From the IMG/VR virus record IMGVR_UViG_3300035698_006513: 64,000 bases of DNA. One strand, given 5' to 3'. Below the pieces are notes generated by a model. It made no database searches. It was given only the letters and a program-made list of their open reading frames with translations, and was not told where the DNA came from. Below are positions 1 through 11,800 of the stretch, piece after piece; position 1 is the first letter of the stretch; each line of letters begins with the position of its first letter. Both the position numbers and the translations under genes were made by a program. The DNA is from a virus.

Positions 1-1
1 A

Positions 2-481
2 GGAACGGTCACACCATGCCTCACAAAAATAACAAAGGATACTGTACTGACCCGCGAGCAGAGAAGGCAGGTAGTGAAGCGACGGGTTGATGGTGTAACA
101 GAAGAGTGGATGATGAGTGCTGAGAATTGTACACAGTATCACAAACCTGCGGTTATATCCCTAGCCAGGATACGCATAGAACACAGCGCACTCAAACTTG
201 AGAATATCAATCTTAAGCTCACACTAAAAAATAACGCAGCCTCGCTTAATTTGTGGGAGAAAGTGAGGCTGGTATCGTGGGAGAGTAGACTCAAGACATT
301 GCAGGGGATGGTGAAGGATGCGCATACCAATATGGATATATGGAAGGGGACTGCAAAGTCATACAGACTTAAGTGGCAATCGGCTTCTCCCAAATGGTAC
401 GCGCATCCTGTGTTTGTAGCTACTGTAACGGCCATAATAACTACGGCTGTGATTGGAGTCAGCTCACGAATTATGCGTTGA
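2..481 (+). CDS. Coiled-coil protein with C-terminal TM helix, 5'-truncated (possible spanin/lysis accessory)
   Basis: Frame is open from position 2; heptad-rich body; hydrophobic C-terminus VFVATVTAIITTAVIGV. Confidence 0.45.
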   Translation, partial: GTVTPCLTKITKDTVLTREQRRQVVKRRVDGVTEEWMMSAENCTQYHKPAVISLARIRIEHSALKLENINLKLTLKNNAASLNLWEKVRLVSWESRLKTLQGMVKDAHTNMDIWKGTAKSYRLKWQSASPKWYAHPVFVATVTAIITTAVIGVSSRIMR

Positions 482-1610
482 GGTCTTGTGCATCCGCGTC
501 TACCGTTTCTGCATCCGCGACCATCTCTGCATAGTCAGCAAATGATACCAGGTTCATTTCCGCACGTACATCATTCACCACGTCTATGTCTAATAGTGTT
601 TCCGGATTTCTCACGATGAGACTCCCGTTTGCAGCTATTATGATGCGTTTACTTTCAGTGAGGATGTCCTCACTTCTGGTAGACACGACCCACGCGGAGT
701 GCGCCCGTCTCGAAGACAGTTGACTGCTCTCAATGGGTATCGTGGATTGAGTCATGACAGTCCGACGACACATCACGGATCCCTGTAAAACATCCCACAG
801 AGCCAGTACGGATAGCTGACCACGTGCATCGAGTTTGAGTAGACGAGCCACTACCCAGTGAGAATTGCAGGGCAGGGCAATAGAAGCTGCCCCATCTCCT
901 GCGAGTATGATCATTGACTGATTCGACGGCGCTCCATCGATAAGAGGAAAGAAGTCCACTACTTCCCACCGGTCACTCATTTCCTCTGCCCACACCTCGC
1001 TAACGAAGTCCTTCTGCATAGCTTCAGCATGAGCAGCATCAAACATAGCTCGGACCTCATCGTACTTGGCCGTTACCACATCCTTTGCCTCTTTGCAGGC
1101 TTCTTCAAAAGGAGTTACACGTGTAGCATGTCCAGGGATTCTCCCACGAACTCCCCAAGGATTTATAGTGTAGACATCCTCGGTAGACACGTCAGTCACT
1201 ACACAATGGCTTCCGAATTTTTGACACACTAACGCTCTGGGGTTGCGAATACTGGCTAATCTAATGCCGTCAATCCATGGAGTATAAGGTTCGTTTCTAG
1301 TAACACCCTCTAACTCTTTGAACACAAAGAGAATAGCCAGATCCTGCTCATCAGCAGGCCAAACGATGATAAAATCAGTATGTTGTGTGCGCTTCCATAC
1401 AATGCGCATAAGTTCTTCAGTGACTGATTCTTGTGGGAGAGCTGCATACGACGCTACTGCATCAACCCGAGCGTTTACTCGGTCCTTGGTAGCCACGTCG
1501 AAGTACTTTTCCAAATTATCCACCATGTCGCTACCCACGGTTGTGGCCAGAACTCTCACTGCGTACTGCTCTTTGGTCATGCCTTCAGGAATTTGCTGTT
1601 GTTGCATCAC
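471..1610 (-). CDS. Hypothetical protein (379 aa)
   Basis: Long ORF with AGGAG RBS; no recognisable motif. Confidence 0.75.
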   Translation of the reverse strand: MMQQQQIPEGMTKEQYAVRVLATTVGSDMVDNLEKYFDVATKDRVNARVDAVASYAALPQESVTEELMRIVWKRTQHTDFIIVWPADEQDLAILFVFKELEGVTRNEPYTPWIDGIRLASIRNPRALVCQKFGSHCVVTDVSTEDVYTINPWGVRGRIPGHATRVTPFEEACKEAKDVVTAKYDEVRAMFDAAHAEAMQKDFVSEVWAEEMSDRWEVVDFFPLIDGAPSNQSMIILAGDGAASIALPCNSHWVVARLLKLDARGQLSVLALWDVLQGSVMCRRTVMTQSTIPIESSQLSSRRAHSAWVVSTRSEDILTESKRIIIAANGSLIVRNPETLLDIDVVNDVRAEMNLVSFADYAEMVADAETVDADAQDLNA

Positions 1611-1672
1611 TTTACTCCTATGATGTAACTGGTTATTTTTATCTCACATGCTTATGACCAAAGAGAAGTGGA

Positions 1673-2914
1673 TTATGTATGGATGGGTGCAACTGGGTAG
1701 GATGGGGATTGGATAGTGAATGGATCGGCTACAGATAACGCAGCAGAAATGAGGTTGAAATCAGTGACTGGTACCTCGAACTCTCTATGAATATGCGTTC
1801 CTTCAATAGTGACAGTGACAATCATACCTTGTGGGAAGTCATGCTCCACCACACCAAACTCATTAGTCACCAGATCATCATACGAAAGGTGTAGAACGCT
1901 ACCCATAAGTTGAGGGTTCTTCATACTTACACGCACGGTGTATCCTCTGAGCGGAAACCCTAGAGGGGTTTGTAGTGTGGCCACGCCTTTAGATGTACTC
2001 GATGGTGCGCTAGATGTCAGTCCCACAATTCCGTCTGTCTCTAACGTCAGACTGTTAACATCAGTTTGTATACTGACCGAGAACGGAACATTATTTGTAT
2101 CAAACACAACGTCGGTTTTGCGTATGGTTGCTACAAACTCCCCAATGGGGAGATACACAACAGCTACCCCACCAACCCCAGATATTGCTGTTCCCAAGAG
2201 ACGCATATCATCGCCGTCTCTAATATCCACATAATATCCTATGGATGGAACATCCTCAGTGGCGAGAGAAAATGTGTACAGGTAGTACCCGCCGTTTGTA
2301 ATATTCACTCCCATATCAAACTGAATCTGATTGACAGCTTGTACAGAATATGTTAGCTGACCGCCTGTGTCCAACTCGTCTGTAGTAAAGCGTATACTAT
2401 ACAGACCCCTGCCCAGCTCCCTGAAATCAGTAGAGGGGTTAATCACTTTGGCTACATTGGCACCACTACCAAACTTCTTATAGAAAACTGACGACACTGT
2501 CGTGAGTCCTGTTGTACCCGTCGCCACATTTCCGGTAACAGCGTGGTACGGCAACCAAGACTCGGATTCTTGGAGAACCCCAGATTCGTCCCCATTACGA
2601 GAACTTACATACACATAAAAAGCACCCTGGATACACAAAGGCGCTTCTACGACTAACAAGAGCGTACCGAGTGTATCTACATCAGTAGCATCTAGCCTGA
2701 CACTGTATCTGCCTTGACCCACCTCCTTTACATCCACAGTGTGAGTGAGCGATTTTGTTTGTAAGGTGGTATCGTTTTGTTTAGCAATCCACAGGCTCAG
2801 TGTAGATACATCCAGTCCTAATTTAGGTACTCCAGACAAATCGCGAATGTTAATATCTACCCATGCTTCAGTGTTTTTTGTTATCTGAATTGGGTCTGCA
2901 ATCCCTACTGACAT
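1673..2914 (-). CDS. Probable virion structural protein with repeated Ig-like beta domains
   Basis: Internal repeat EVGQGRYSVRLDATDVDTLG / ELGRGLYSIRFTTDELDTGG; beta-rich; lies in tail module. Confidence 0.55.
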   Translation of the reverse strand: MSVGIADPIQITKNTEAWVDINIRDLSGVPKLGLDVSTLSLWIAKQNDTTLQTKSLTHTVDVKEVGQGRYSVRLDATDVDTLGTLLLVVEAPLCIQGAFYVYVSSRNGDESGVLQESESWLPYHAVTGNVATGTTGLTTVSSVFYKKFGSGANVAKVINPSTDFRELGRGLYSIRFTTDELDTGGQLTYSVQAVNQIQFDMGVNITNGGYYLYTFSLATEDVPSIGYYVDIRDGDDMRLLGTAISGVGGVAVVYLPIGEFVATIRKTDVVFDTNNVPFSVSIQTDVNSLTLETDGIVGLTSSAPSSTSKGVATLQTPLGFPLRGYTVRVSMKNPQLMGSVLHLSYDDLVTNEFGVVEHDFPQGMIVTVTIEGTHIHREFEVPVTDFNLISAALSVADPFTIQSPSYPVAPIHT

Positions 2915-2927
2915 AATACCTAACTCC

Positions 2928-3152
2928 CTATAAGTACTTGTTTATTTTCTTCTGGGCACTCTTCGCGGATTTAGCTAGAGAGGTTGCACGTGCTTTCAGA
3001 TTGTTCGCCTGTCTCCGTAGCGTGTATGTTATATCTTGCTGCCTTTTCTTGATTTCGTCTGTAAAGTATTTACGTATAGACTTCGCCAGTTGCTGTGCGA
3101 ATCCTGCGACTCCTGCCTCAGCATCACGTATGGAGGTTGAGGGTAGAGGCAT
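2928..3152 (-). CDS. Small basic hypothetical protein
   Basis: GGGAG RBS; collinear with neighbours. Confidence 0.6.
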   Translation of the reverse strand: MPLPSTSIRDAEAGVAGFAQQLAKSIRKYFTDEIKKRQQDITYTLRRQANNLKARATSLAKSAKSAQKKINKYL

Positions 3153-3166
3153 AATATTACTCCCAT

Positions 3167-3198
3167 AAAAAGAAAGCCTACCGAAGTAGACTTTCTTA
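3167..3198 (-). terminator. Rho-independent terminator after sigma gene
   Basis: On minus strand AAGAAAGTCTAC-TTCG-GTAGGCTTTCTT followed by T run. Confidence 0.65.
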
Positions 3199-3204
3199 TC
3201 TTAG

Positions 3205-3969
3205 TTAGGGTGTGCGTCTTGATAACTCACGTTGGGACATGGTTACCAGCTGTCTGCGTATCTGAGATACCTTAGACTCACCTATGGATAGTGACTTTGC
3301 GATTTGCTGTCCGTTTTTACCAGACAGCAAAAGATCCAGTACCTTTCGCTTCTGCTCATCTTTAGGACCAGACAATTGGAACTTCAGCTCAGAAACTACC
3401 TTGTCATCTTTAGGTATGTCTACTGAGACATTTTCCTGAATGACACTTCCTGTTCCTGGGGCAGACATACGTAAGTCTCTAGCCATATCCTGCACATGAC
3501 TTAATCTCCACCCTAGATGTTCTGCAAGCTGAGTCTCGTTCGGCTCAAATCCCTTCTCGGCCTCAAAGTCGTCAATTCCATTATTGTACATGGTTATCTT
3601 AGACCATCCTCGATGCTCAGGTATCCTTATATTACCTTGGCGCTCCTGGATGAACCTTCTCGAGTGGTTCATCACACCATTAGTAACATGTGTGAATAAA
3701 GCAGCTCCTGCTTTATGGGAGGGATCCCAAGTCTGCAGACCTTGTATCGCACCTTCCACAGCGCGAGAACGAATTGTACTCTCTGGAATATCGGTCTTTC
3801 CCCCGTACGAAGACACAAACCTGTGTACCGCAGGCATAGCGACTGTACTCAGTAATGGCTCCCAGTGCGGATTAGATTCGCTTCCAGATTCTTCTGTACT
3901 CTCTTTCCAATTCTTCCATAGCTGCAGATCGCGGTCCTTCCTAGGACCAGACAATTTTTCTTGACTCAT
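3205..3969 (-). CDS. Phage-encoded sigma-70 family factor (FliA/SigB-like)
   Basis: Region 2 (GAIQGLQTWDPSHKAGAALFTH), NIRIP, region 3 (GFEPNETQLAEHLGW), region 4 HTH (QQIAKSLSIGESKVSQIRR). Confidence 0.85.
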   Translation of the reverse strand: MSQEKLSGPRKDRDLQLWKNWKESTEESGSESNPHWEPLLSTVAMPAVHRFVSSYGGKTDIPESTIRSRAVEGAIQGLQTWDPSHKAGAALFTHVTNGVMNHSRRFIQERQGNIRIPEHRGWSKITMYNNGIDDFEAEKGFEPNETQLAEHLGWRLSHVQDMARDLRMSAPGTGSVIQENVSVDIPKDDKVVSELKFQLSGPKDEQKRKVLDLLLSGKNGQQIAKSLSIGESKVSQIRRQLVTMSQRELSRRTP

Positions 3970-4009
3970 AATTCTACCTCCTTATGTGTTCAGACTCTTG
4001 TACCAAACT

Positions 4010-4261
4010 TTAATTTATTCCTTCGATCTTAGGCGTAGGAGGCAGTTTACCTACTTTACTAGAGGCGTCCATAATATCTTGTGCATGACGCTTTTCGGAC
4101 TCAGGGGTAAATGTAGTAGAACCCATGAAGCTGCGCTGCTTATCTTCTGGTCCAGGCATACGCACAGTGCTGCTAACTAGGTCTGTGTAGTGAGGACTTT
4201 GTAGAGTTTTAATATCCTCTAGCGCAAGTTTCAGCAGGGTGGATGTGTAAGAGTCTTTCAT
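4010..4261 (-). CDS. Hypothetical protein
   Basis: Fills gap in minus-strand operon. Confidence 0.55.
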   Translation of the reverse strand: MKDSYTSTLLKLALEDIKTLQSPHYTDLVSSTVRMPGPEDKQRSFMGSTTFTPESEKRHAQDIMDASSKVGKLPPTPKIEGIN

Positions 4262-4265
4262 AATA

Positions 4266-7214
4266 TTACCCCAGCAATACTTTATTTGATAGTTCGGCTA
4301 CATATCTAGCTATAATTTCACGTCGCTCGGCACGTACATCTAATGATGGGTCCACTTGCTTAATTGTGTTCTCTGCGTTTTCAACACCTAGCAACGGGTC
4401 TGTTTTCATATCAGAAAACCCTGTGTCGCTACCGAACGCATGTCTATGGAACCCGCCCTTACCTACTACCTCGTCGAAAGTAGCAATAGGTCTGTGTATA
4501 TATGAGAACATGAAATCTACGACATCGCTATTGGCACGCTTCAAACTTGCGTACGTCTGCACCAACTGGTCTATAGCTGATCTGGTACTTGTCGTACCCA
4601 GCGTAGGATGATCGTAATCGGGGTCCGCGTCCCTAATAGCAGTTTTATCCACGATGGAGTCACAGCCCAATAGAGGACCATAAAACTGAGTCCCTATGTT
4701 CTTGTTATCGTATAGCTTGTCATACCAAGGCGGACGCATCACCTCTTCAGCTGGTATACTTTCGGGGTCTATCTTGTCTTGACCTTGCACGAAGGTAGTT
4801 ACACCTAATGACATCGTTATCGCACTGTTTAGCTGTGCTGCTGCTTTTATGAGGTTACTCTCAGCCAAACTATTAGCGGAATCAGACAGCGCTGTAGCTA
4901 CGCGGACCATTATCTTAGATGCGGATACCAGGTTAGCCGCTATTGCAGATACTCTAATAGACTCTGCTGTCTTACGGTGCGCACGTAATTTACGCGCCAA
5001 TAAGGTCTCACCTGTAGTAGCAAATGTTGCCTTTAACGCTACCATGTCTTTAGTTAACACCTCGGACTTATCTCGCAGGTCAACCATCTTCTGTACGCGC
5101 TTATTATCTGGAGTAGCCTTACGCAATTTATCCACATCACCCGCACCAATAAGTTCTACAGACTCATCGTGCGTACGCACATTGCTGAGTGTGTACGCAG
5201 TTGTAGGCTCCGTAAAAGATAAACTCTGTATGAGTTGAGTAATACGCCCTAAATATTGTGTTGGTCTACGTGTGTCTTTGTGTATCTCGCCCATATTATA
5301 GGGTCCTGGAGTAGTGGCTAGCCCGTATCTATCCATCACTACTGCAGGTAAACCACATACCGCGTACTCATTGAACACGCCTACAACAGTTGCTTGTCGT
5401 GCTGAGTATCTATCCAAAAAGAATTTGAAATTTGCAGTACGCTGTACATAAGGTATACCTCCTGCGTTGTCCAAGTAATCAGGGTCTTTCCTTGCTAGGT
5501 AGAAATTAACCCTGCCCAAACTCTGCATGGATGGGATGATTCCTGAGAAACGCTCATGCGGAAGAAGTATACGTAGATACTGACTCGTACCTGTTAGATA
5601 ACTCTTCTTCTTCACGTCCAGAATATCTGGAGCGTAGTAGTATATACCTAGAAAAGACGTAGGTGCCTTTCCTCTAGCCCAAGGTTTAGTTGCGCCCTTG
5701 CCAGATAGCCAACATTTTAGCTGCACACGCATACGTGTTATTTCTTTGCGGAAGTCACGCTGGAAATCGAAAGACATATACATTTCGGGGAATATAACAT
5801 TGCACTTTGGTGGAGGAGCAAAGAATAGGTTTGGGGACATTATTTGTGTGAATAGCGAAGCTTGTTTGGGTATGGTGTGTCTGCGTGCTACGCGTCTGGT
5901 AGGCATCTTGAATAAACCCTGCATGACGCTGAGCGCTGTGTTTAGGTATGCTAACATTTGCGCACGATTCTGCGTGTTTGCGAATACCAGACTCTGAGTA
6001 AGATACCCTAAACCAGACGTCAGTCTCTCCCTCAACTTAGGCCAGTCACTGTTCCCCTTGCTCCCAAGTATACCTAGCTGACCTTTATCGTAATCACCTA
6101 TAACACCGTACTGACTATTACGTTTCGTCCAAGCATCATGCTTCCTAATCTTACCTGTAATAGGTGCTAGGAGGTCTGATTTTAGTGACGCTACAATAGA
6201 CGATATAGTTATGTACACACGCACCCTAGCGTCTTCTGGAATACCAGGCATACACATATGAATCTCGTCAAACTTCTTACCTTTGACACTTTCCTGCGCA
6301 ATAAGCTTCCTAAGTTTCTCTAGGATTTTGGTGTAGCGTACTACTTCCCTGCTGTTTGCGTGCTTGCTCTGAATAGGCACATTCTCAAATCTAGTGACAT
6401 CTGTTGTAGATGGCGGATTGTACCTGCCCATAGGCAGTGGATATGCCTCATAGAATGTGAACTGAAACAGAATCTTAAGTATGTCCCTGTACGACAACAT
6501 GGACCCATATGAGCACATAGTATTTGTAATCCAATTGATAAATGACTTCTGGCGCATCATACGCGCAGATGTAGTGTCGTTCTCTGGTACGCCGATTTGT
6601 GCCACTATCCGCATACGTAACTCTGCGGCAGAGAAGAAGTCGTTCTGCCCCCTGAATACGTGCTTACCTGAGTACACTCCACCCATACGCTCAAACAAAC
6701 GTATCACACCAGCCATCAAACCCGTCAATCCCGGTCTAGTCACAGATTTTGAGTTGACTAGATTAGATATTACAACCTCTGGAGATCTAAGTATGTTGTC
6801 GAACATACCTTTGTTCGCACCGATGAAAGAGGACGTCCTATCCCAGAAAGCATCCCCACCGGAAGAGAAGTTCTGTATGTATTGCATACACTGATCCCAG
6901 TATGCAGACACATCCTCACACTGTAAGAATGCAGACCTTGAGCCGACCTTCTTACTCATCTGCATAGCGCGCATCTCACCAGAAAATGCGAGATTGAACG
7001 AGGACAGCTGTAGTCCGACGCCCCCGTTGATTACGTCCTTGTAAAATAGATGCACTACTGTGCGATCTAAAAACTGCAATACCACGTCAGTAGCAACAAT
7101 CTGTATTGTGCACATAGCAGGGGCATTCGGCGCAGTTTGTATAACTGCAGACACTACAGGGACCTCAATACCCTCTAGTAGGCATCTAAGATCTAGTCTT
7201 CGTATCGTACTCAT
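4266..7214 (-). CDS. Large tail/baseplate hub-like protein (982 aa)
   Basis: Downstream of tape measure; beta-rich N-terminus (LEGIEVPVVSAVIQ...FSGEM) resembling hub proteins; function inferred from synteny. Confidence 0.5.
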   Translation of the reverse strand: MSTIRRLDLRCLLEGIEVPVVSAVIQTAPNAPAMCTIQIVATDVVLQFLDRTVVHLFYKDVINGGVGLQLSSFNLAFSGEMRAMQMSKKVGSRSAFLQCEDVSAYWDQCMQYIQNFSSGGDAFWDRTSSFIGANKGMFDNILRSPEVVISNLVNSKSVTRPGLTGLMAGVIRLFERMGGVYSGKHVFRGQNDFFSAAELRMRIVAQIGVPENDTTSARMMRQKSFINWITNTMCSYGSMLSYRDILKILFQFTFYEAYPLPMGRYNPPSTTDVTRFENVPIQSKHANSREVVRYTKILEKLRKLIAQESVKGKKFDEIHMCMPGIPEDARVRVYITISSIVASLKSDLLAPITGKIRKHDAWTKRNSQYGVIGDYDKGQLGILGSKGNSDWPKLRERLTSGLGYLTQSLVFANTQNRAQMLAYLNTALSVMQGLFKMPTRRVARRHTIPKQASLFTQIMSPNLFFAPPPKCNVIFPEMYMSFDFQRDFRKEITRMRVQLKCWLSGKGATKPWARGKAPTSFLGIYYYAPDILDVKKKSYLTGTSQYLRILLPHERFSGIIPSMQSLGRVNFYLARKDPDYLDNAGGIPYVQRTANFKFFLDRYSARQATVVGVFNEYAVCGLPAVVMDRYGLATTPGPYNMGEIHKDTRRPTQYLGRITQLIQSLSFTEPTTAYTLSNVRTHDESVELIGAGDVDKLRKATPDNKRVQKMVDLRDKSEVLTKDMVALKATFATTGETLLARKLRAHRKTAESIRVSAIAANLVSASKIMVRVATALSDSANSLAESNLIKAAAQLNSAITMSLGVTTFVQGQDKIDPESIPAEEVMRPPWYDKLYDNKNIGTQFYGPLLGCDSIVDKTAIRDADPDYDHPTLGTTSTRSAIDQLVQTYASLKRANSDVVDFMFSYIHRPIATFDEVVGKGGFHRHAFGSDTGFSDMKTDPLLGVENAENTIKQVDPSLDVRAERREIIARYVAELSNKVLLG

Positions 7215-7223
7215 GTGCAGTCC

Positions 7224-8609
7224 TTATGGTAAGAAAAAGATACCTGGGCGGGGAAACCTATTAGGCGTAGTAGCTGTAGGGGCATGATCCTTCATCACAT
7301 CAGTAGCAGCACGCATATTGTTTATGCGTTTGGACTTCTTCAGCGCAGCTTTAAACCCAAACCCAGAAAGAATAGGATCCGAAGATAACACATTTGTAAG
7401 ACCGCGTACGAACCCTGGACCAGCTGAACGCAAAGAGTCCAAATCTCTCTCTAAGGCGGACTGGAGTTTGGATAGGGGATCTTCTGGGATGAGGTCAGAC
7501 CCAATATCCGTCAATGCACCTATTGCTTCTTGCGCACGCTGTCTAGCTGTACCCACTAGTTGACTAATATTTCCTACTGCATCGGGGGTAATAGCGTTAG
7601 ATAAGAAATCGAGGGCGGAAGAGAAATCACTTTTACCTGATGTTGTACCGGGGAATGGGGGTGTAAATGTACCCCTGTCTTTACGCTCCGACTCAGACTT
7701 ACCTAATGGGGCATCCCCTCCACTGAATCCTGCACCAAGAGAGTCCGCGTAAGAATCTGGTAACTGATCACCTTCCCATGCACCGTAAACACGTGCTGCT
7801 GTATGAGGATCCGACGCTAAATCGGGAGCTAAGTCGGATAAGACAGAGTTTCGTACAGTCTTCCACTTACGTACTTCCCTTGACGTGAAACTGTAGGTGG
7901 TGGAGTTCTCATCTGACGGCTGAAGCTTAGTGTATTCCCCATCGTGCGTGTCTATGGCAGGACCGCCTATCGTAGATATGGCCGTGGTATCACTAGGGTT
8001 AATCGCCACTTTAAGGTCTATATCTGTAGACACCTCAAATGATCCAACGTGTGTAATATAAAAATGGAATGAGAAAGGCACACGATTCTCGACCTCGTAC
8101 GACCTAGTGGCCTGAGCGTCTAACATGTAACCGGTGTAGAACATGTTCCCTATCTCTAGGAATATCCTGCCTCCAATTTCAGCTAACTTAGTGCTACGCA
8201 ACACGTTTTCGTAGTTGAACCAGAACTCGCTTTCCCAAGGGAAGTTCTTAGAGGACACGAGCATTCCGGAGACAGTGAATATCTCAGGCTTCTTTCCATA
8301 GACATTCAGCCACTCCTCTCCCCAAGTCTCCTGAATATTGTACTTCTCTTGTGCAGCACGCTGAAAACCTTGCACGATGAAGTTGGTATAGTGCTTTGTT
8401 TTCCCTGTACGGGATACAGAGTTAAGGTCTAGGAGATCCAGTTTCTTACCGTCTCTGGTAACTACTGTAATAGTAGAGTGTACGTCTTCACCCGCCTGTA
8501 TACCCATGTACGGTCTACGGACATTGGCCTGACTACCGAACCTATTGGAGAACTGATCCCGCTCCAAGTCTCTAAACGCTTTTCGTCGTATAAGTATGAA
8601 CTTAGGCAT
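7224..8609 (-). CDS. Probable baseplate/tail-tube-initiator-like protein
   Basis: Follows tape measure; QEKYNIQETWGE...YGKKPEIFTVSGML...VPFSFHFYI tube-fold-like pattern. Confidence 0.5.
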   Translation of the reverse strand: MPKFILIRRKAFRDLERDQFSNRFGSQANVRRPYMGIQAGEDVHSTITVVTRDGKKLDLLDLNSVSRTGKTKHYTNFIVQGFQRAAQEKYNIQETWGEEWLNVYGKKPEIFTVSGMLVSSKNFPWESEFWFNYENVLRSTKLAEIGGRIFLEIGNMFYTGYMLDAQATRSYEVENRVPFSFHFYITHVGSFEVSTDIDLKVAINPSDTTAISTIGGPAIDTHDGEYTKLQPSDENSTTYSFTSREVRKWKTVRNSVLSDLAPDLASDPHTAARVYGAWEGDQLPDSYADSLGAGFSGGDAPLGKSESERKDRGTFTPPFPGTTSGKSDFSSALDFLSNAITPDAVGNISQLVGTARQRAQEAIGALTDIGSDLIPEDPLSKLQSALERDLDSLRSAGPGFVRGLTNVLSSDPILSGFGFKAALKKSKRINNMRAATDVMKDHAPTATTPNRFPRPGIFFLP

Positions 8610-8797
8610 TACTCATTATCCTCCAAAAGATAATCTAGCACCTTGCTATCGACTTCCGGTATGTGGTCCTCACCTATAACCACTGAGTACACAGCCGCTG
8701 CAACTTGGTTCTCATACAAATGGTCTATGGATATTTGGTCCAATACTACAACCTCTACGTTGCCTGTACCAATTGCTATACGATTTTCGCCAGCCAT
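8609..8797 (-). CDS. Small acidic hypothetical protein
   Basis: Stop/start overlap with next gene. Confidence 0.6.
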   Translation of the reverse strand: MAGENRIAIGTGNVEVVVLDQISIDHLYENQVAAAVYSVVIGEDHIPEVDSKVLDYLLEDNE

Positions 8798-8804
8798 GTT
8801 ACAC

Positions 8805-11800
8805 CTATGTGGTTACCTTTCGTTTTGACTTCAGCGAGGCTGATATACCAGCTAAGTCCTTGTCTTTCAACGCCACGGACACTGCGTCTACAAATCTCTG
8901 ATTTGCACGTACATAATCGTTCCACACTGTGAGGGCATTGTCTAGGCTCTTGCGTGCGCCCACTGTAACTTTACCTTTGCCTACGGCAGTAGATAGTAAC
9001 GTTGACCCTGCTGCTTTACGCTTTTCTTCGTTAGTGCCGTCTTTCGTAATGTATGCCTGTAATGCTCCGGAAATAGCAGAACCAAAAGACCCACGTTTTC
9101 GTAGCTGACTTAACATCTCGCCTTGCTTCTTCTTTCCCAAACTTGAGAAATCTTCTGCAATTACCCCGAACTTGTCTCCACCAGCAAGCCCAATTATATC
9201 CGCCTTGGACCGTACGGTAGTAAGACTTTCTGCGAAGTCAGTGAGTTTGGATGCCAGTGGGTTCTTCATACCTTTAAGTGCACGTACAGCACCAGCTCCG
9301 AAACGATTTACCTGTGTAGCTATACCTATTTGATTCTGGGCATGTATAGAGTCTCTCCACTTCTTATATTTCTCTTTGGTAAAAGATTTACCAAACAATC
9401 CACCTAGTGCTCCAGATTCTGGAGCACGTTGTAAGATATTACGTAGCATGTCTACTTGATTTTCTTGGAGAGTATGACCTCCAATATTCATCTCTCCGCC
9501 CTTACTACCTATAATTCTATCCTTAGCGTTTTCTTGCGCTTTGGTTAATTTCATTCCACCAGCAGCATGGCGCATCACTGTATTGGAGATAAGATTTTCA
9601 CTCTTGAATAGGTCGCTGTTTTGAAGGAACTTGCGTTCATCTATACCGCCACCAGTGAGATATTGAGCAGCGTCTCCTACACTTTTACCTCTACCTGCCC
9701 ACCCTAATGCGTCTAGTGCATCTTTCTGTGCCGCCTGCGCCGCCTTAACTGTATTGTAAGAGTCACCCATATCCCCAGATACGTACCGACTCTGGCTGTC
9801 TATGCCAACCTTCTGTAACGCAGTCTCTGCCACGTTTATAGCATCGTCCATCGCTTGATTTTGCGCCGCACCAGCTCCCACACCTTTGTACTCGTTGTCG
9901 CCAGCTATTCGATTTACCCATTTACCTACAGACGTGCCCGGTTTAGCTATCTTACGGAACTCTTTACGCATTATCTGTCTGCGTTCTGATGGAGAGGCAT
10001 TGCGTAACTTGTTCATAACATCACTGTTATTGATGATGTTCGTACGAATCATAGCCGCTGCCTTATTTGCAGCAGACTTGTCTTTAGGATCAGTGAATTT
10101 TCGCACGATCTCAGCTGCACGTTGACCCGACGCACGACGCTTTTCTAGGCTAATAACACGGTGTAACTGAGACTTAGATATCACCAATGCTTGTGAGATT
10201 CTGTTATCATCGCCGTTACTTTGCATAAGTCTGCCTCTGGCATCTGTTCTATGTATGATAGCCAGATCTCCCTGTTTACCCATAGACCTCTGCTGTGCAC
10301 CGTAACCTTTTAGGGTGTTGGTACCTATCATTTGGTGCAAGTTATCCCCTAGATCATTACGTCTTTTACCGACTAACCCTTGTATAGCTACACCTATAAT
10401 ACTCATTGGTAGAGACCCACTTAAAGAGCTATCTATACCAAAGTCGCGTAAAGAATCAACAGTACCCCTGCGTCTTTGAAGATCTAGTCCTGCGGAAGGT
10501 CTACCATCACCTACGCCAATTCTGCGTTTAAGGTCAGACATTGCACTGGCACTTCCGCCAGCTGCTTTATGGAAGGAAGATGCAGCCTGTCCAGTAACGT
10601 GTGCACTGGTAGTCCCCGTCATATCATCTATCATTCCACGAAAAGAATCATTTAGTCCAGAATATATATTCTGTCCTAGGCGCTCTAATGGCCTAGAGAA
10701 GGTCCTGCGCATAAAGCTACCCGCTCTACGCTTGATTGCGTCTCCTGAAAATCTCTCTCTTCCCATGTACGCACGATAGTGCAAGTCACCCTGGCGTATT
10801 CCGGCTCGAGTCATATCTCGACGCATTTGAGGAAGTTTCTGCATCGCTGTCTGTAGTAACTGCGCCTCTCTGCGGTTACCTCCCGTAAAACGGGACATGA
10901 TCAATTCTTGGATGTCTGCGTTAGACGACCCCTTCAGAATCTTACTTCGGAAAGCAGAGTGTACTAACGAGGCCATGCCTGTCATACCGCCTTGCTTTAG
11001 GAAGGCAGTGCGTAAGTCCCCTTCTCTATTAACGAACTTGGCTTTATTTCCCATAGATGCCGTGTTCTTAAAACCACGCTTACGTAATTCAGATAAAGAC
11101 ATGCGCTTATTCAGGAGCAGCTCCATGCTACCACCATCCATACCCGTCATATCTTTATTGGCGAGACCTGCCAAAGCCATTCTACCTAGCGGTCCTTTTA
11201 GGAATTTCAAAGTTAGTGCAGACATTCTTTGCGATGTTGAAGCCATCGCTTGCTCACCAGTCTGACCACCTGTGATTTCCGTCATCAGATTAGATGTACG
11301 TTTTCCGATTCCTTTCATCTGGGTCATGGAGCGTAACTGACGCATCATTGTGAGCGTGCCTTCTGCAGCAGCCCCACCGTGACCTCCGCTAGCGCGTCCT
11401 ATAGCAGCACCGCCCTGCATGGCACTCATGGCCATCTGTGGAGATAGTCCAGACATACGGATCTGTCTAGCTGTCTGCATCTGCGCTTTATTGGAGTAGA
11501 TGCCTGAATGCTTCATCGCAGCCATAAGTGGTACTGCTTCTTCCAAAGACGTACCGAAAGACCTAGCCATGTGAGTAAGGGTTTTCACTAACTTCTTAAA
11601 CTTGCCAGAAAATTTATCCACACTTGTAGTGGACTGGAAGAAGTCACTTTGACCTAACTTATCCATGACCCGCATTAACTCATCGCGGGACCGCAAGGAA
11701 TCTTTATCGGCCATCTTAGTGACCATCTGAGATACCCCGCGCATCTGCTCCGTAGATGCGCCGAACCCTGTACGAGAGGATGAGTTATTTTGAAACCGCA

